64,000 nucleotides of DNA from Utricularia gibba (GCA_002189035.1 NEEC01000008.1:1178001-1242000), one strand, 5' to 3'; counted from the stretch's first letter, positions 25,601 to 39,307 are shown. Numbers and translations are program-made. Notes: generated by a model not told the origin, from the sequence alone.

Positions 25601-26014
25601 AGATCAGCCGTGCCGCTCAAGTCATGCCTCAAGAAACCTTCAAACGAAGAAAAGGGAAGCGGGAACGGCAACGGCAACGGCAGAGGAGGTACGAGAGTGA
25701 AGTTCCTTTTGGATGATGATGGAGGCGCGAGTGTTGAACAAAACAGTGTTACTCCCACGACACATTCTTCGTATTCAATGGATTTAAGTTCGGAAAACGT
25801 AGTGGCTAGTTTAAACCCACAGCCCATCCTCGCTGGCCAAGCCTCTCAACATCAGATTCCCAAATTCCCAGCCTTCGTCCCACCGGAGTTCCGGCCATTT
25901 GCCCAAATGCCGGTGGACATTTCCGGGGAGCTCCTGAGTTTACTGAACCGGTGCCGGGATGTGGTGAACAGTGTGACCGGTGTTCTGGGGTATGTACCAT
26001 ACCATCCCCTGTGA
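22658..26014 (+). CDS. PWWP domain-containing chromatin protein (PDP1-like); exons 22658-23726 and 24015-26014
   Basis: GDIVWGKVKSHPWWPGQIF, LVAFFGDNSYGWF, LGLACRCRN, C-terminal TALIMKFP...ELAARFARFGQL and DISGELLSLLNRCRDVVNSVTGVLGYVPYHPL. Confidence 0.92.
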
Positions 26015-26640
26015 CGCTGAAGCCTCTCCTTTTCATCCATCATCTTTTGTAACTGTAATGTTCTTGGTTGTTTGTGCTACTGTTCTTTGTAACCGGTTCC
26101 TGACCGGGTCACAGATCGGAACAGCCTCTGAACACAATGTTGGTGCCTACTCTGTATTGGGGGAGACCAAAGGGAGATTTTGATGATTAGTCAATGGAGA
26201 ACAGTATTGTAGTGATGGCAGTTGGGCCCCTATTTCCTTCATTATTCCTACATCACTACATTAGTTTGCATGGATGTGGTCCAAGATTCGAGCCCCTGAG
26301 TGAAACCAGCAAGGAATCATTCTTATTACACCCTTCCTATTTGACCCCTTCACCTGTATAGTTTCAGTCAGCCATGCGTTACTTAATTACCAGGAGGGGG
26401 CTGTAATGGAACCTTAACACAGGTGTATGTGTACCTTCCATTCTTCTGGAATTTCAATTTGCATGTATTCATCGGATGGGATCGCTTGATTGATGGAGAT
26501 GGTCAACATTTGGGACCTTGGGTACCAATACTTTTCTAGTTTGTTGAACAAGAACTGACTGGAAGGACTGACTCTACATGGATTCAGCTGTGGGGAAAGA
26601 ACTTGTTACACAGCAGATTCATTCATCTGATGCAAGCTTA

Positions 26641-29036
26641 TCAGAAAGGAGACAATGGGTTAAGAATTCTGGAGCTTTTAATGTTTCTAAGCTCTTTGCA
26701 GACCTGATCCAACATGTTGAGAAAATCTCTTACAATCACAAAGATTCGGAGGGGATTTGTTTCGTCTTTCCCAACATCTCCATGGAAATATTCTGTCATT
26801 TCCCTTACATGTGAAAGCACTCTCTTCTCATCTTCATTCACTTCATTCAACTTGCTTTCTGCACGTTTCAGGAATGAAGACATTGACCTCTGAAACCCCT
26901 GCTCCGCCATGGCCACATCTTGCATGATCAGAGCCCGAATCTTGTCTACTCCGTTCGACAAATTTGCGACGGAGCCAGCAAGAACATCCAGGTCTAAACT
27001 TGCTGTTTTCTTTGCATTGCAAAGCTCTGTGCTCAAGCTGGACACTATCTCTAGTCCCATTTTTCTATACTTCTCTTCCTTGTCTTCCTCCATGCTTGCT
27101 CTCTGATGTATTCTTCCCATGATGCTTTCTGACATTCGGAGTCCCTCCGATCGAATGATTTCCTGCACCACAAAATGTAGCAGTGTCGTCTTCCCATCTG
27201 CACCTTTAACATCAGCCAGCTTGAGAAGAGCATCTAACTTGAATGCTTTTGCTCCACCCCTAATGGTTCCAACGTTCATCCTGTTCCCTGTTTTTAACAC
27301 CGCCTCCAGTAGCTTCAAGAACAGCCGGCTTGATCTCAGCTCAGTACATGCTTCTTCAAGCATTGAGAATGACCTCCTGAGATGAACAACTTCTTCTTCG
27401 AATGTTTCCCTGAAGAACATGGCTTCTATCTTTGAGAAGGCATATGGGATATGAAGCATTGCTTTCACTAATCTCTCTGCTGATCCCAACTCATTCAAGT
27501 CTCCTTTGAAATCCTCAAGCTTTTCTGCTTCTTCCTTTGTGGGTGCCATCTTCCAAAGGGCCTCCAAATCTTGCAATGACAACCCTTCCCCTGTTGTCCA
27601 AAGCAGCAATCAACTGAGAAACAACATAGGATCTTGATATTACAGAATCGAGATCATCACCAGGCTTACCTTGGATAATGGCAGCGCAGACTTGGTCGGA
27701 ACTGGCGTTGAGGGCCTTGGAGAGGATGGTGATGTTGTGCAATCTCTTTGGATCCAGAATGTGTGTGCTGGGTGAAGGTGTTTTTGTGTTGTTTGCTGCT
27801 GCTGCTGCTGACGATTCATCATTCTTGATGGGATTTTGCAGATTGTAACTGAAAAGGGATTCGATCATTTCTTCATCAAATCTGCAATCATGATCCATAG
27901 ACGTATCAGTCAAAAGGATATGAACGACTTGATCAGAAAGTGACATTCTCTCACTCGAATGAGCTTGATCGGAGTTTGTCCCACACAGTTGAACGATTTG
28001 AAGCAGCTCGAACTTTGTCCCAGTGGAGTGGCTTTAGCTTCGGCAGGGAACAAGTGCCACTCCCTCTGAACGGAGGAGGCGGTGGTGGAGTCTCCGGAGA
28101 GAAATTTTGGGGTGGAGGGGAAGGCGGCGCTGGAGTATCCGGTGAGTAATTTCGGGGTAGAGGGGGAGGCGGTGGTGGGGTCCCTGGCGAGTAATTTCGC
28201 GGCGCAGGTGGAGGCGGCGGCGGAGGCGGGAAGCGGGGGTAAGAGGAAATGGTCTTAGATTCAGGAGTCTCCACCGGCAGCGGTGGCCGAAGTGGCGGAG
28301 GAGGTGGAGGAGGAGGGGGACAATGCGAGCCTTTTAGCTGATTTTCCTGAACGGCGATTTGCGAGGATTCACTTACAGGAGGTGAACGGTTAAGTGAATA
28401 GAAAGATTCATCGCTAGAAGAAATGGAGTCATCTTGCTCTTCATCTGCAACATCGATCCTCGATTCACAGACCCCAGAAACCGAAACCTCATCAATTTCT
28501 CCAGAAGAACAATCGGAGGAATCAAGCCCATTTTCTTGTCCGTACTTGTAAACTGGATCGGAGTTCATCTTGCTCTGTAAAATGGAAGAGACAGTGGCGC
28601 TCGCCGTACGCCGCCGTTTCCTCCTCTTCTGTTTCCTCATTTTACGGCAACCCAAGAAGCACAAAACTCCGATTCCGCAGAAAACACACCCAGATCCAAC
28701 AGAAAGCGCAATCATGATCAATGCTCGTTTCGTTTGACTCTCATCTTCCCTCTTGAACTTATGGGTCAGTAACAGAGGGAACCGCGGAGGCTGAGAGGGC
28801 GGCGACGCCTGCTGCTTCGAGTGCATCGCCGGCGAGGGAGAAGGCGCCGCCACCGGCCCCATGGAAGACGAAAGATAGTGACCCTTCTCGAACCCCACAA
28901 CGAATCGAACCTTCCCCATTGCCACAACACCCCTTTGATCAGAATCCCGGGAAACAAAGACTTGAGAAGAGAAAAAAGAAACAAGGAGTAAAAGGAAAAG
29001 GACCAAGAAACGAGCAGCCTGAAAAGCAAAATCCAT
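26641..29036 (-). CDS. Class I (membrane-anchored) formin; exons 29036-27955, 27881-27670, 27590-26641
   Basis: Signal peptide, TM segment followed by a basic tract, poly-Pro FH1, and FH2 ([69 protein letters not shown]). Confidence 0.93.
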
Positions 29037-30495
29037 TTTGTTCCCAAGAAACCCTATTCTTGCTCCCTGCTATAAATCCCACAGCGCACACAGTGAGGTC
29101 GAAGAAGAAGATGGAGGGAGAGAAAAAGCAGTAACAGTCTTTAATGCTACTCCAAGGAACAAAGAAGAGAAAAACAATTCTTCTTCTCTCCTCCATTAAT
29201 CACACTCCCAGGAAGGTGATTCCGAAAGCTGGGACAAGGAATTAACAATGGGGTTAATTGACACCAAGGAGATAACAATTCTACTTAATCCACAGAGCGA
29301 CCCGCGAGCTAACCAGCGAACACCGACTTGGAAACAGGGGATTGGAGGTAGAAAAATGGCTTGGCTTCTCCGCGATTCCTTCGTTGTTTGGTGTAACTGA
29401 ACATAAATGGAGCATTGGATTCCCCCACCTCCGGTGCATCCCATGTGACTCCATAGTTAAAAAGCTCAGACGAACTAAGTGAGGCAAACAGCAAACTCAG
29501 GAAGTCCGTTTACCGTTGGAAGGCGGGGAGGAGAGATGGCGCCATCTCTCTGAAATGGGCTGGTGCGAACTGGAAGCGCATCTAGTGCACAATAGAACCG
29601 GGCTGGGCCGCCCAATTTTCCTACGAGAAGAAGAATCCTGCAATACGCTGCCTAACCGGACGACTCCACAGGCGTTGGGTGCAGCAATTCGATTCATGTC
29701 TTTCTTGTGTTTCCGTACTGACTTTTCAGTGCATTAAACTGTCCAATAAAAAGCAGCGAATTTCTCGTAAGAAAAACAGGTGATCCCACTACATTTGACT
29801 CCACGAAACCTACTCCTGTTCTGTAGCGAGGTTGCCCTGGTTTTAACGGCGTTTCCGATTCCGACCGTAAAAAGCTGCAGAAACCCAAAAAGCTTGAAGC
29901 TTTTCCGGCGACACGTCGCGTTGACTGTTGGGGTGTTACCTCTTGTTGCCTGTGAGTGTGTTCATCAGTAATTCAATGGTATCCTCCACTCTCCTCTCCT
30001 ACCCCGAGAGTTTTACCAGCGCACCGATCGTAGAATTCAATGTGAAAATTTCTCTCGAGGAACCGAAGTTGGGTTCCTCTCTTCTGTTTCTATTATCCAT
30101 CTGAATGAATCCTTTTTTCTTTTTTTTGGGTTCGATCGATTGGGGCAAAGGTGGGATCTTTTCCCTTTTCTGGAAACAATTGGAGTTGGTTTATGTTGTT
30201 GGGTGATCTGTGTCTCATCCAAGACTGCAACTTCAAACAAAACCACAGGGTTTCCAGCAAAAGGTAGAAAGAAACAAGCAAACACATAGCCTCTATACAC
30301 GTGAACGAAGGTGTTACAAGCTACACAACACCACACATTATTGTCTCAAAACTAACCACCATACCTAAACCCTTCCTGCACCCAGCTCTATCCATGCACA
30401 CGCACACACACAGAGACATTTACAGTACTCAAACCTCTACTGCATCATCAGCCTCCACAGTAAGCTCCGGTGGGTATGGTCTAAGATCTCATATC

Positions 30496-31428
30496 TCACA
30501 CGTCGTAAGGAGTACCAGTGCTCCTTGATCCAACTCCCTTCTCGTACGCGAAGGACGCCGATCGCCGGCGAAATCGATACGCCTCCCGTCCGCCGCCATC
30601 TGGTATTCATCCAAAGAAAAGAAGGATGAGAAACATGCATCAGAACGATACTCTACAGGATCCATGTTTGCGACAGTCTAATGGCCATCGACAGTGAGAG
30701 CTCCGGGATTAGGTGAGCATCTTAGTCGACACTAAATTATGTAGGAGAAATGGTGGACAGGAGTGAAATTACAGGTCTATCCCTATGTGAGTGTACGGCT
30801 GGGCTGGCTCCAAGGAGCCAGGGGTGCAATGACCGATGTGACCCTAGGATTCCTCTAGAGTCACCAATTATTCAGGAGGAGAACTGCGGTAATTTAATTA
30901 TCCCACAATAAAAAAAAAGGAATTACCGATAACTGAATGCAAGTGACAAACCTTACCGGAAAAGGGGGATACCGGTGGAGGGGTCCCTGCCGGAGACATC
31001 GGCGGAGTGGATCCGCCGGGAGAAGCCGAGGGCACCTCCACGTTAGGCGGCGGTCGCCTCACGATCATTATGCTTCTCGTCACTTTAATCGCGTCCTCCG
31101 CCGCCTCATCTCCAAACGACTTCCGATTGTTCACTGCGATACATAATCGCAGAAAAGTTACTCCTCAAGCTTCCGACGATCGATCGGTTAAATCATGGAA
31201 ACCGGAAATCCGACGAATCGCAGTTTCATAAACACGAATTTTGTGAAGGAAAAACAAGATCGAGATATTAAAATTAGGTATGATTCAAAATCGCATCCCC
31301 CGGGGCGTACCCTTGCCACCGGCGTCAGATCGGAAGCTAAACGTCGCGTTTTTCCTTAGTTTCCCAAGGCCGCTGTCCGGTGGCGGCCCGGCGATGGTGT
31401 CGTCCCACAGTTGGTCGACTAACCCCAT
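30496..31428 (-). CDS. Dormancy/auxin-associated (DRM1/ARP) family protein; exons 31428-31311, 31133-30957, 30599-30496
   Basis: MGLVDQLWDDTIAGPPPDSGLGKLRK, VTRSIMIVR, STPPMSPAGTPPPVSPF, RFRRRSASFAYEK and PYDV*. Confidence 0.88.
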
Positions 31429-31615
31429 GACTAAACTACCGGTTACAGAATCGGCGCAGCGTAGCAAAAGAAGCGCACTGTGAGCTCACTCCTCCGTCAG
31501 AGTGGGCGGTAGTGAGGGGAATGTGTGCGTATTTATTGACGGAAGGGGGCGTTAAAGGTGAAGAGCCTTTTCTCTGGATGAAGACGAGATTGCAGCCGTT
31601 GGATCAGAACCTTGA

Positions 31616-31739
31616 TGACGTGGGCGGGCCGTAGGATAAGAGAATGTGCAATCAGATAAGAACGCAAGCTTTGACGATGGAGATGTCTCCACGTGTCCAT
31701 CAATGCCACGTGGTGTGTATCAAGAGGGGCAGTCACGTG
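31616..31739 (-). promoter_or_regulatory. Cluster of G-box, C/G-box and TTATCC elements upstream of the DRM-family gene
   Basis: TGACGTGG at 31616, GGATAA (TTATCC on minus) at 31634, and CACGTG at 31690, 31707 and 31734, about 190-310 bp upstream of the ATG. Confidence 0.6.
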
Positions 31740-33664
31740 AGACTGCCAGAAACCGGACAGAGATGTTTGAGGGATAATTCAGGAATCTCACAAAAAGTTG
31801 GATTCCAATTTTTTAAAAAAAATATATTCAAATTGTTTATCCATAAATAGAAACGAAAGCTTTTCAGAGAGGTACGCATTGCATAGCGTATCCAGGAGAC
31901 ATAAATGTTAACTTACCTTTTATAGTATAAATCATTCAAAATAAAAATTAGATTAAATTTGATATAATTATAATTACCATTAAATTGCTTTACTATAAAT
32001 TGCTCATAATTCATCATTTTTTAATCATTTAAAATACTAATAAAACCAAACCTAATCCCCACAATAAATCACTTTCTAACTATAGTTACACAAATACCCT
32101 TCTATTCCAGCCATCACTAAAAGACGAAAATGGAGAGAACGGTCAATGGCGTATCACTTCAATGTTGGGCCTTTTCACCGAAGGCCCAAAAAGCTGGAGA
32201 CAGCCTTTTTTTGTGGGTATGATGATAGAGGAGGCAGTTCCAATTTTCATAATTAAAAATGTATAATCAATTTTATATAAGTTTATTAATGTAAGTATAA
32301 ATAATAATTATTTTTATTTACATATAAATATTATACTTTCATTTTAAATTAGGATATTCTCAAATTAGTAATCAAATTACTTTCAAATTCTTTTAGATCG
32401 TTCCAATTTTATCATTAAATATTTTTATTTTTATAATAAAAATAATTAAAAATATTTTACTTTTATTATAGAATGGACAAACTGACCATTCATACCAGTT
32501 GAAGTATTAAATACAATGATATTTCTCATCCGTAATTATTAGTAGCTCATAAGGTATATATTCTCTAATAAATTCGATGATAATCATTCCATTTATTTGA
32601 AACATTTGATATTTTTTCAATTCTTAATAATTCAATTGCAACAACACAAATTTCATAGTTCTTTTAATTTTTGGTAATGTTATTTGTGTGGGAAAGTGTG
32701 TCCATATTCATCTCTTATTTTGATTTCAATGTATGCGTTACGACACCATCCTTACATTCAATCAAAGTATAACCAATTGATTAGATTTCAAAAGAGATTT
32801 TTTTAAAAAAAAAATTTAAGGTTTAATATGGAATGAACTTTTAATATGATTAAAATATTATTTTTTAATTAATATAATTTGGAAAATAGGACATTAAATT
32901 ACTAAACAATCTTTTGAAAACAACATTAGATTTTAATTAAATTCTATTTTAATAATCATACTTTAATTGTTCTAACTACAAAACACTTTCAAAAAATAAT
33001 GATCATGAAACTATCTTGTGTTTTAAACTTTGTATTTTTTAAATTTTTTTTAAAAAATATATTAAAAAAATAGAATTCATTTCATTAAGTAAACTCACGG
33101 TGAGAAAATAGTTGATTAAATACGATTGAAGTAGTTATATATATTGATAATAATTTTTTTAAAGTAATAAAAATATTTTTGTGTGGCGAGGGCTTGATTT
33201 TTACATTAATTACAAAAAAGGTCACCAATCTGCCGGTTCAATTTTTTTTGTCTTGCAGTTGAGCTGGCAGACAGCATCTACCACGCGCCGGAAGCTCGGG
33301 GGTTGATGCGACAGCAATATGTGGGCCCCACGGGGAGTCGTAACTCAACCTCAGCATTCAACTCCAATTAGTGATCCTTTTTGGATTCCGCCAAGCGCCA
33401 CTGTCCTCTCCCTCCTCCTCGGGCAGGCATGGCACCTTTGGTATAAGCAGGGCATCTTATCACACAATCTATTGAAAGGCGCCTGGGCTTATCTCTTTGT
33501 TTATAAGATCAGTAGAAAAAAGATGGGCTCCTGCCAAACGCATCCAGACCACCACCTCGCCTACTCTTCCTCTTTGTTCTCGCTGTTGAGCTAGTCGTGG
33601 AAAGCAGTATACGACAAATGCTCTCTCTATTAGTATTAGGCTAAAACATTTATACGTGCAAACA

Positions 33665-36057
33665 CTCATCAGTGTTCTGAACAACAGGGAAAATGAGCAG
33701 CTTTCTAGATATGGTGACACCATGACAGCTCGCAGCATTATGTTGGTAGAACTCAGGAAGCTTGTTTTTCCTGCATTGAAGTCATCTAGATTGAGAACCC
33801 TTATCAATCAGAGGTACACACATACTGGCACATTTGAAATGGATATTTTTATTTTTTGAAAGAAGATTTTGTTGTCCTTTGGCCTTCCGTTCTTTCACTC
33901 CAACCACTTCATTAAGTTTTGATTTGTGGAAGAAGTTCATTGTCACATTCGAAGTGTTAAATTTATGCTACCTAGTAGTTGAACCGGACGTTTTCATGAC
34001 CCCCAGCCTCAATTGGCAACAACAGTTGTGTAAGAATCCTAGGACGAATCCAGACATTAAGACCTGCATATACTTCTCTTGGAGCTCAAGGGTTCATATT
34101 CTTACCATCATGTATAAAATTCATTGTTCAAGGATCTGTTATATCCAAATGCTGCTGCTGCATCATCAGCTGTGCAAGGATCTGTCGTCACTGCATATTC
34201 ATTGCCCTTACCACCTAATCATGGTGAGTGATTGTGCCAACACCATCCCATTGATTTTAAAAAGGTTGTAGAGGAATTCAGGCTAGTGATTTTTTTTTTC
34301 CCAAGGAAAGGAATTGAATTGGTTTTCTATTATTGATGGCTGCTTATCATTGTGAACAGTTTCAATCATGAAGAGACCAATCACTCCTCCGGCAACATTG
34401 GGTGTGGTTGAGCATCAGAATGCTGATCATGACAGCTTGATGAAGCGTTTGAGACCATCCCAAGAGGAGGCTATCTTTAATATACCTGAGATAGATTCCT
34501 GATTCAGATGTGAGTCACTTAAGAACTAAATTATGTTTCGCTTTTATATTCAGGGTGCATATCTAACCTTTCAACAACAGGCATCCTGGAGCCTAGATGA
34601 CTTGCCTAGAAATGTGGTTTTCCCTGTTTCTTCATGTCAGAGTCCCTTTTTATATTTTAAGATGCTTCTGTAAATGATTTGGATGGTGTAACAGCGCGTT
34701 GCAATAATGGGATATAACACTTTGGGAGGCTGGACTGAGGGAGAAGTTGAGCTCCAAGACATTCAAGATCTGGGAAATGCAAGCTTGCACTTTGGCATTC
34801 CAGGTGTACACTTTGCCTTTCATAGTCTCTCATGTAGCATGCTGAATTGGCAGTCAGATTTTACCGGTTGTTAAACTGAGTATTGATGGATTTCTTGTCA
34901 TGAATTTGAGGGATAGTTTCCATGGCCAGGAGTCTACCAGTATCAGCTTTCCCTTTTCAGCAGACTGCTGCTGCCAAAGATGCCCCTTTTTCAGTTGCTC
35001 ATGTTACATAGAGTCCAGATGGATCATTTTGTGGTAACCTTGTCTTTGGCATTTGGTGTGTGATCACAAGTATGCCTAAGAACACTTACCATGTTGCAGG
35101 TGCTGCATTTTCAAAGCATTTAATTCATTTGTATCAATACATGGGGCCAATTGATCTGCGCCCACATTCAGAGGTATATGTATATCTCTACTCGCAGTCA
35201 CCTTGTCAGCATCAGTATTTAAGTTTGAATTCAACACTCTGGGTGCATGTTTGGTAGATGAATTTAGGTATTGTTACATGCAGGGACGACAAGTTGATCA
35301 AAGAGAGAAGAATCTTAATAGTCATCTTCAAATCTGATACAGCTCTTCCATGAGCTCAGTTGTGTGCTTACCTGATCACTTTTGTAGCTTTGCATCTGAA
35401 GTATCGAAACATGGGATAAGAGAAAGACAATTCCCATTCAGTGGCGACACACATCCGCAGTTTCACTCTGATCAAGTTCGTTTCCTTGTTTCTCATGAAA
35501 TCCAAATAGCGGTATATGATGCATCAAAGTGGCGACACACATGAGCTTTCTTCAAAATATTCTCTGAGTGTGTCTGAAGAACGCATCGCTTCTGCTGTAG
35601 AGGGTACCTCAAGAACCTCTTTCTGCCCCCATATCAGGTGCAGCTTACTCGTGCAACAGTCAGCTTATTTTTGCTTCCTTTTGTGACGGTAATATCGGAA
35701 TCTTCCTCCGACTGAGATGCACCATCTGCGTACTTAGCACAAAATGTGCTCAATAGGGGAGAATAGTACTGCTCGCCTGAAATGCATTTGGCTCCCTTCG
35801 ACGGCCATGATAGCATCATCTATGCCATATTTCAGGCCGGGGCAAGGCGTATTCCCAGTGGTGGTGGCAGCGCATCCTCAGGAGCCTAACCAGTTTGCCG
35901 TCCGGTTGTCCGATGGGTCAAGGTTTCGAACCCCTGGAATCCGTTAGCAAGTGGGGTGCATCTCCGCCGTCCGATGACGGGATGGTTAACGGAAGGCACT
36001 GTTCATCATCCACCGCCAGTAACCATGCCACTGATCTCTGATCAGATCCAAGGATGA
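33665..36057 (+). pseudogene. TPR: TOPLESS-related (TPR2/3-like) relic with large internal deletions and frameshifts
   Basis: Fragments in the correct order: ENEQLSRYGDT-ARSIMLVELRKL-FPALKSSRLRTLINQ, LNWQQQLCKNPRTNPDIKT, SIMKRP.TPPATLG..LMKRLRP, ASWSLDDLPR, AFSKHLIHLY, GDDKLIK, HEIQIAVYDASK, SAPISGAAYSCNSQLIFASFCDGNIGIF, VVAAHPQEPNQFAV.LSDG, KWGASPPSDDG. No intact N-terminal LisH exon was found. Confidence 0.85.
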
Positions 36058-36438
36058 GAGAAAACCTCATCTGTACAGATGGATTCCGGGATTCTGTTAA
36101 AATATTTTTAAAATATATTGAATTTGATTGGGAAAACTTTTTTGCTTTATATTTTTTTTTTTAAAAAAGCACTTATTTTATGTAAAAAGGCCCTTTATGG
36201 TTGTATGGGCCAGGCGGTTGGCCCAAGCCCAATATGGAAGCTCCTCTAGGGGCATGATTGTTATTTAATCCCACCTCCTCCCTCCCCATCCGTCATTCCC
36301 ATTTCAAAATTCAAACGGGCTGCAGTTCAAGCCTAACGTTGCATTCAATTCATCTTCTTCTCTCCGCCGCTCCAACCGCAAGGAGTTTTTTGTCTCCTTG
36401 AAATCCAGTTTTTTCATTCCCACAACTGAACTTTAACG

Positions 36439-39307
36439 ATGCCTCTGAGGCCTAACGACCGCCCCGATGTTCGCCGCAAGACGTACAAGGTGGCTGTTGA
36501 TGCTGAAGAAGGGCGGCGGAGGAGAGAAGATAACCTGGTTGAGATCCGGAAGAATCGGAGGGAGGAGAGCCTCCAGAAGAAGCGCCGTGAAGGGATGAGG
36601 GAGTTCGGTGTCCCGGTTGAAGTTGTTAATGGGGTTGATCAGAAGGTTGCCACTTTAGGTTCTTTTGTCTTAAATCCGTGTTTTGGGTTGGTCTTTGCTT
36701 GATTTATGTGGTAATTATGTGTTAATCTTCAAAAATGTGATGGGAATTTTCGGAATTGTTTAATATATTCAAGGTGCTAGCCTTTCATATAAATGTATGC
36801 TTAGCGGTTTTAGATCCATAGATTATCTCGGGTTTGGAAGCCAAACCATGAATATCTGATACTCTGAATTCGATTATATGCTATGTTTTTTTGCGTTTTC
36901 AGGTGCAGTTAGAGAGCATACCTTCGCTGGCTGAAAGTGTGTGGAGTGAGGATCCGAACAGGCACCTTGAAGCCGTCACACAGTTTCGTAAACTTCTTTC
37001 AATAGGTGAATCTTCTTTTCCGGTCTTCTCCAGGAAACTTATTTTTATATTAACTTACATTCTAAGGTCCCAGCTTTTGATAATGATCATCTGCAGAGCG
37101 CAGTCCTCCAATTTTGGAGGTGATTCAAGCGGGCGTCGTTCCGCGGTTTGTACACTTCTTGACTAGGGAAGACTTCCCCAACTTCAGGTCATAAAACACT
37201 ATCATCTTAAGTCATATATGCAGGAATTTTTTTATCCAAAAAGCACGTCTCCCTGCGAATCTTATACTTTTTAGTAATGCAGTTTGAGGCGGCTTGGGCT
37301 TTAACTAATATTGCTTCTGGAACCTCGGAGCATACAAAAGTTGTAGTAGACCATGGGGCTGTTCCGTTATTTGTGAAGCTTCTTGGTAATTCAAGTGCGG
37401 ATGTTAGAGAACAGGTTTTTGACTCATCCTTTTCATTTGACCGTCTAACTGGCCAGTTTTCAGACATTTCACATCCTTTCTAATTGGTCTGACCGTATCC
37501 TTTTAACGCTACTTAGGCTGTATGGGCACTGGGGAATGTTGCTGGTGACTCGCCAAAATGTCGAGACCTTGTTCTTGGCCATGGCGCTTTGCACCCTTTG
37601 CTAGCACAGTTGAATGAACATGCCAAGTTATCTATGCTTAGAAATGCCACATGGACGCTGTCAAATTTCTGCAGAGGGAAGCCGCAACCCATGTTTGAAC
37701 AGGTTTTTTTTCTTTTTGTACCCTTTCTTGAACATTTGTTAATATTCACATATCTGTTGTGTATATATATACAATGCGAGTATGTTTTTTATTGACATTT
37801 TATTACTCATTATTGACCCTTGAGTGGATTTTTTTTTTATTTGATGTGTATTCGCTGTTTGTATGTTTGTTAAGTTTTATTGTGATTTTTTTCCTTACCC
37901 TGTGTTGTAGAATATTCATTTAACCCGTCTTCTTGAATACTATGTTGCAGTAACGTCCGTAAAAGCGTTCGCTATGCTAGCATTACTTTAATTTTCGTGG
38001 TTCTGTTTGCATAAAGCAAGCAGTGTTTGTTGGGATACTGATAACTTCAACTGCAGACAAGGGCTGCTATCCCAGTTCTTCGTCAGCTTCTTCTTTCAAA
38101 TGATGAAGAGGTTTTAACTGATGCATGTTGGGCGCTTTCTTATCTCTCTGATGGAACAAATGATAAAATTCAGGCTGTTATTGATTCTGGTGCATGCCCG
38201 CGCTTAGTTGAGTTATTGCTGTACGTACCCATTTACTACATTTTCTAATTACCCCGTATCATTGATTGAATCATTGATTTTGGTAAATGAAATGATATTG
38301 GGTTTCAGCCACCCGTCGCCTTCAGTTGTCACCCCTGCAGTTCGCACTGTCGGAAATATTGTCACTGGTGATGATGTGCAAACTCAGGTATGATTAGAAC
38401 CATTGTTCAGGAGCCCAGTTCCCGTATTGTTTATGTTTTCATGAACCTGAATTTTCAATGGGCGTATCTTCAGCACATCATCGGCTGTAATGCATTGCCT
38501 TGCCTTCTGAATTTACTCACCGGCAGCAATATTAAGAAAAGCATCAAGAAAGAAGCTTGTTGGACGATTTCTAACATCACAGCTGGAAACAAAGACCAAA
38601 TTCAGGTGAAGCTCGATATCCATGTTCATGGTAAGCCATCAGAGTTGTTTTTCTTCTGCGGCAATTTGATTTTTTGCTTTTCGAATTCTGCAGGCTGTCA
38701 TAGATGTGAACATAATCGGTGCTCTAGTCAATCTACTTCAAAATGCTGAATTTGAAGTTAAAAAAGAGGCTGCCTGGGCCATATCAAATGCAACATCAGG
38801 TGGCACACATGAACAGATCAAGTGAGATTCTTTCAAGTTCGGCTAAAACTGATAATTTTAATACAGATGTTAATGATGTCAGTCAAATCTAGAACCTCTT
38901 GTTCACAAATGCTTCTGGTTGCATACAGGTATCTCGTCAGTCAGCAGTGCATTAAGCCCCTGTGTGATCTGCTCGTATGCCCTGATCCAAGGATAGTCAC
39001 TGTTTGTTTGGAAGGGTTGGAAAATATTCTGAAAGTAGGAGAAGCAGAGAAGAATCTTGGTCACACCGGCGATGCCAACATTTGTGCTCAAATGATCGAT
39101 GATGTTGATGGCCTTGCCAAGATTGAAGACCTGCAGAGCCATGACAACAATGAGATATATGAGAAAGCAGTGCATCTCCTGGAGACTTACTGGATGGATG
39201 ATGAAGATGAAGAGGGAGTGGAGGTGCTCCCACCAGGAGTTCAGCCATCTCGATTCGGAACCATGGAAGAAGCCACTGCACCTCCTGGTGGATTCAGCTT
39301 CAACTGA
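36439..39307 (+). CDS. IMPA: Importin subunit alpha (10 exons), with one C missing in the run at 37176-37179
   Basis: IBB domain ([20 protein letters not shown]...[13 protein letters not shown]) and ARM repeats ([71 protein letters not shown]). Confidence 0.93.

Noticed and set aside
26205-26300. Possible tRNA/SINE A- and B-box (GATTCGAGCCC)
   Set aside because: The B-box is imperfect and I could not fold a cloverleaf or find a TSD or tail.
30804-30821. Perfect hairpin CTGGCTCC-AA-GGAGCCAG in DRM intron 2
   Set aside because: An 8-bp stem is far too short for a miRNA precursor and can occur by chance.
37494-37516. GTATCCTTTTAAC U12-like motif in an importin intron
   Set aside because: It sits at the 3' end of an intron with an ordinary U2 donor, and using it as a donor gives no sensible exon.
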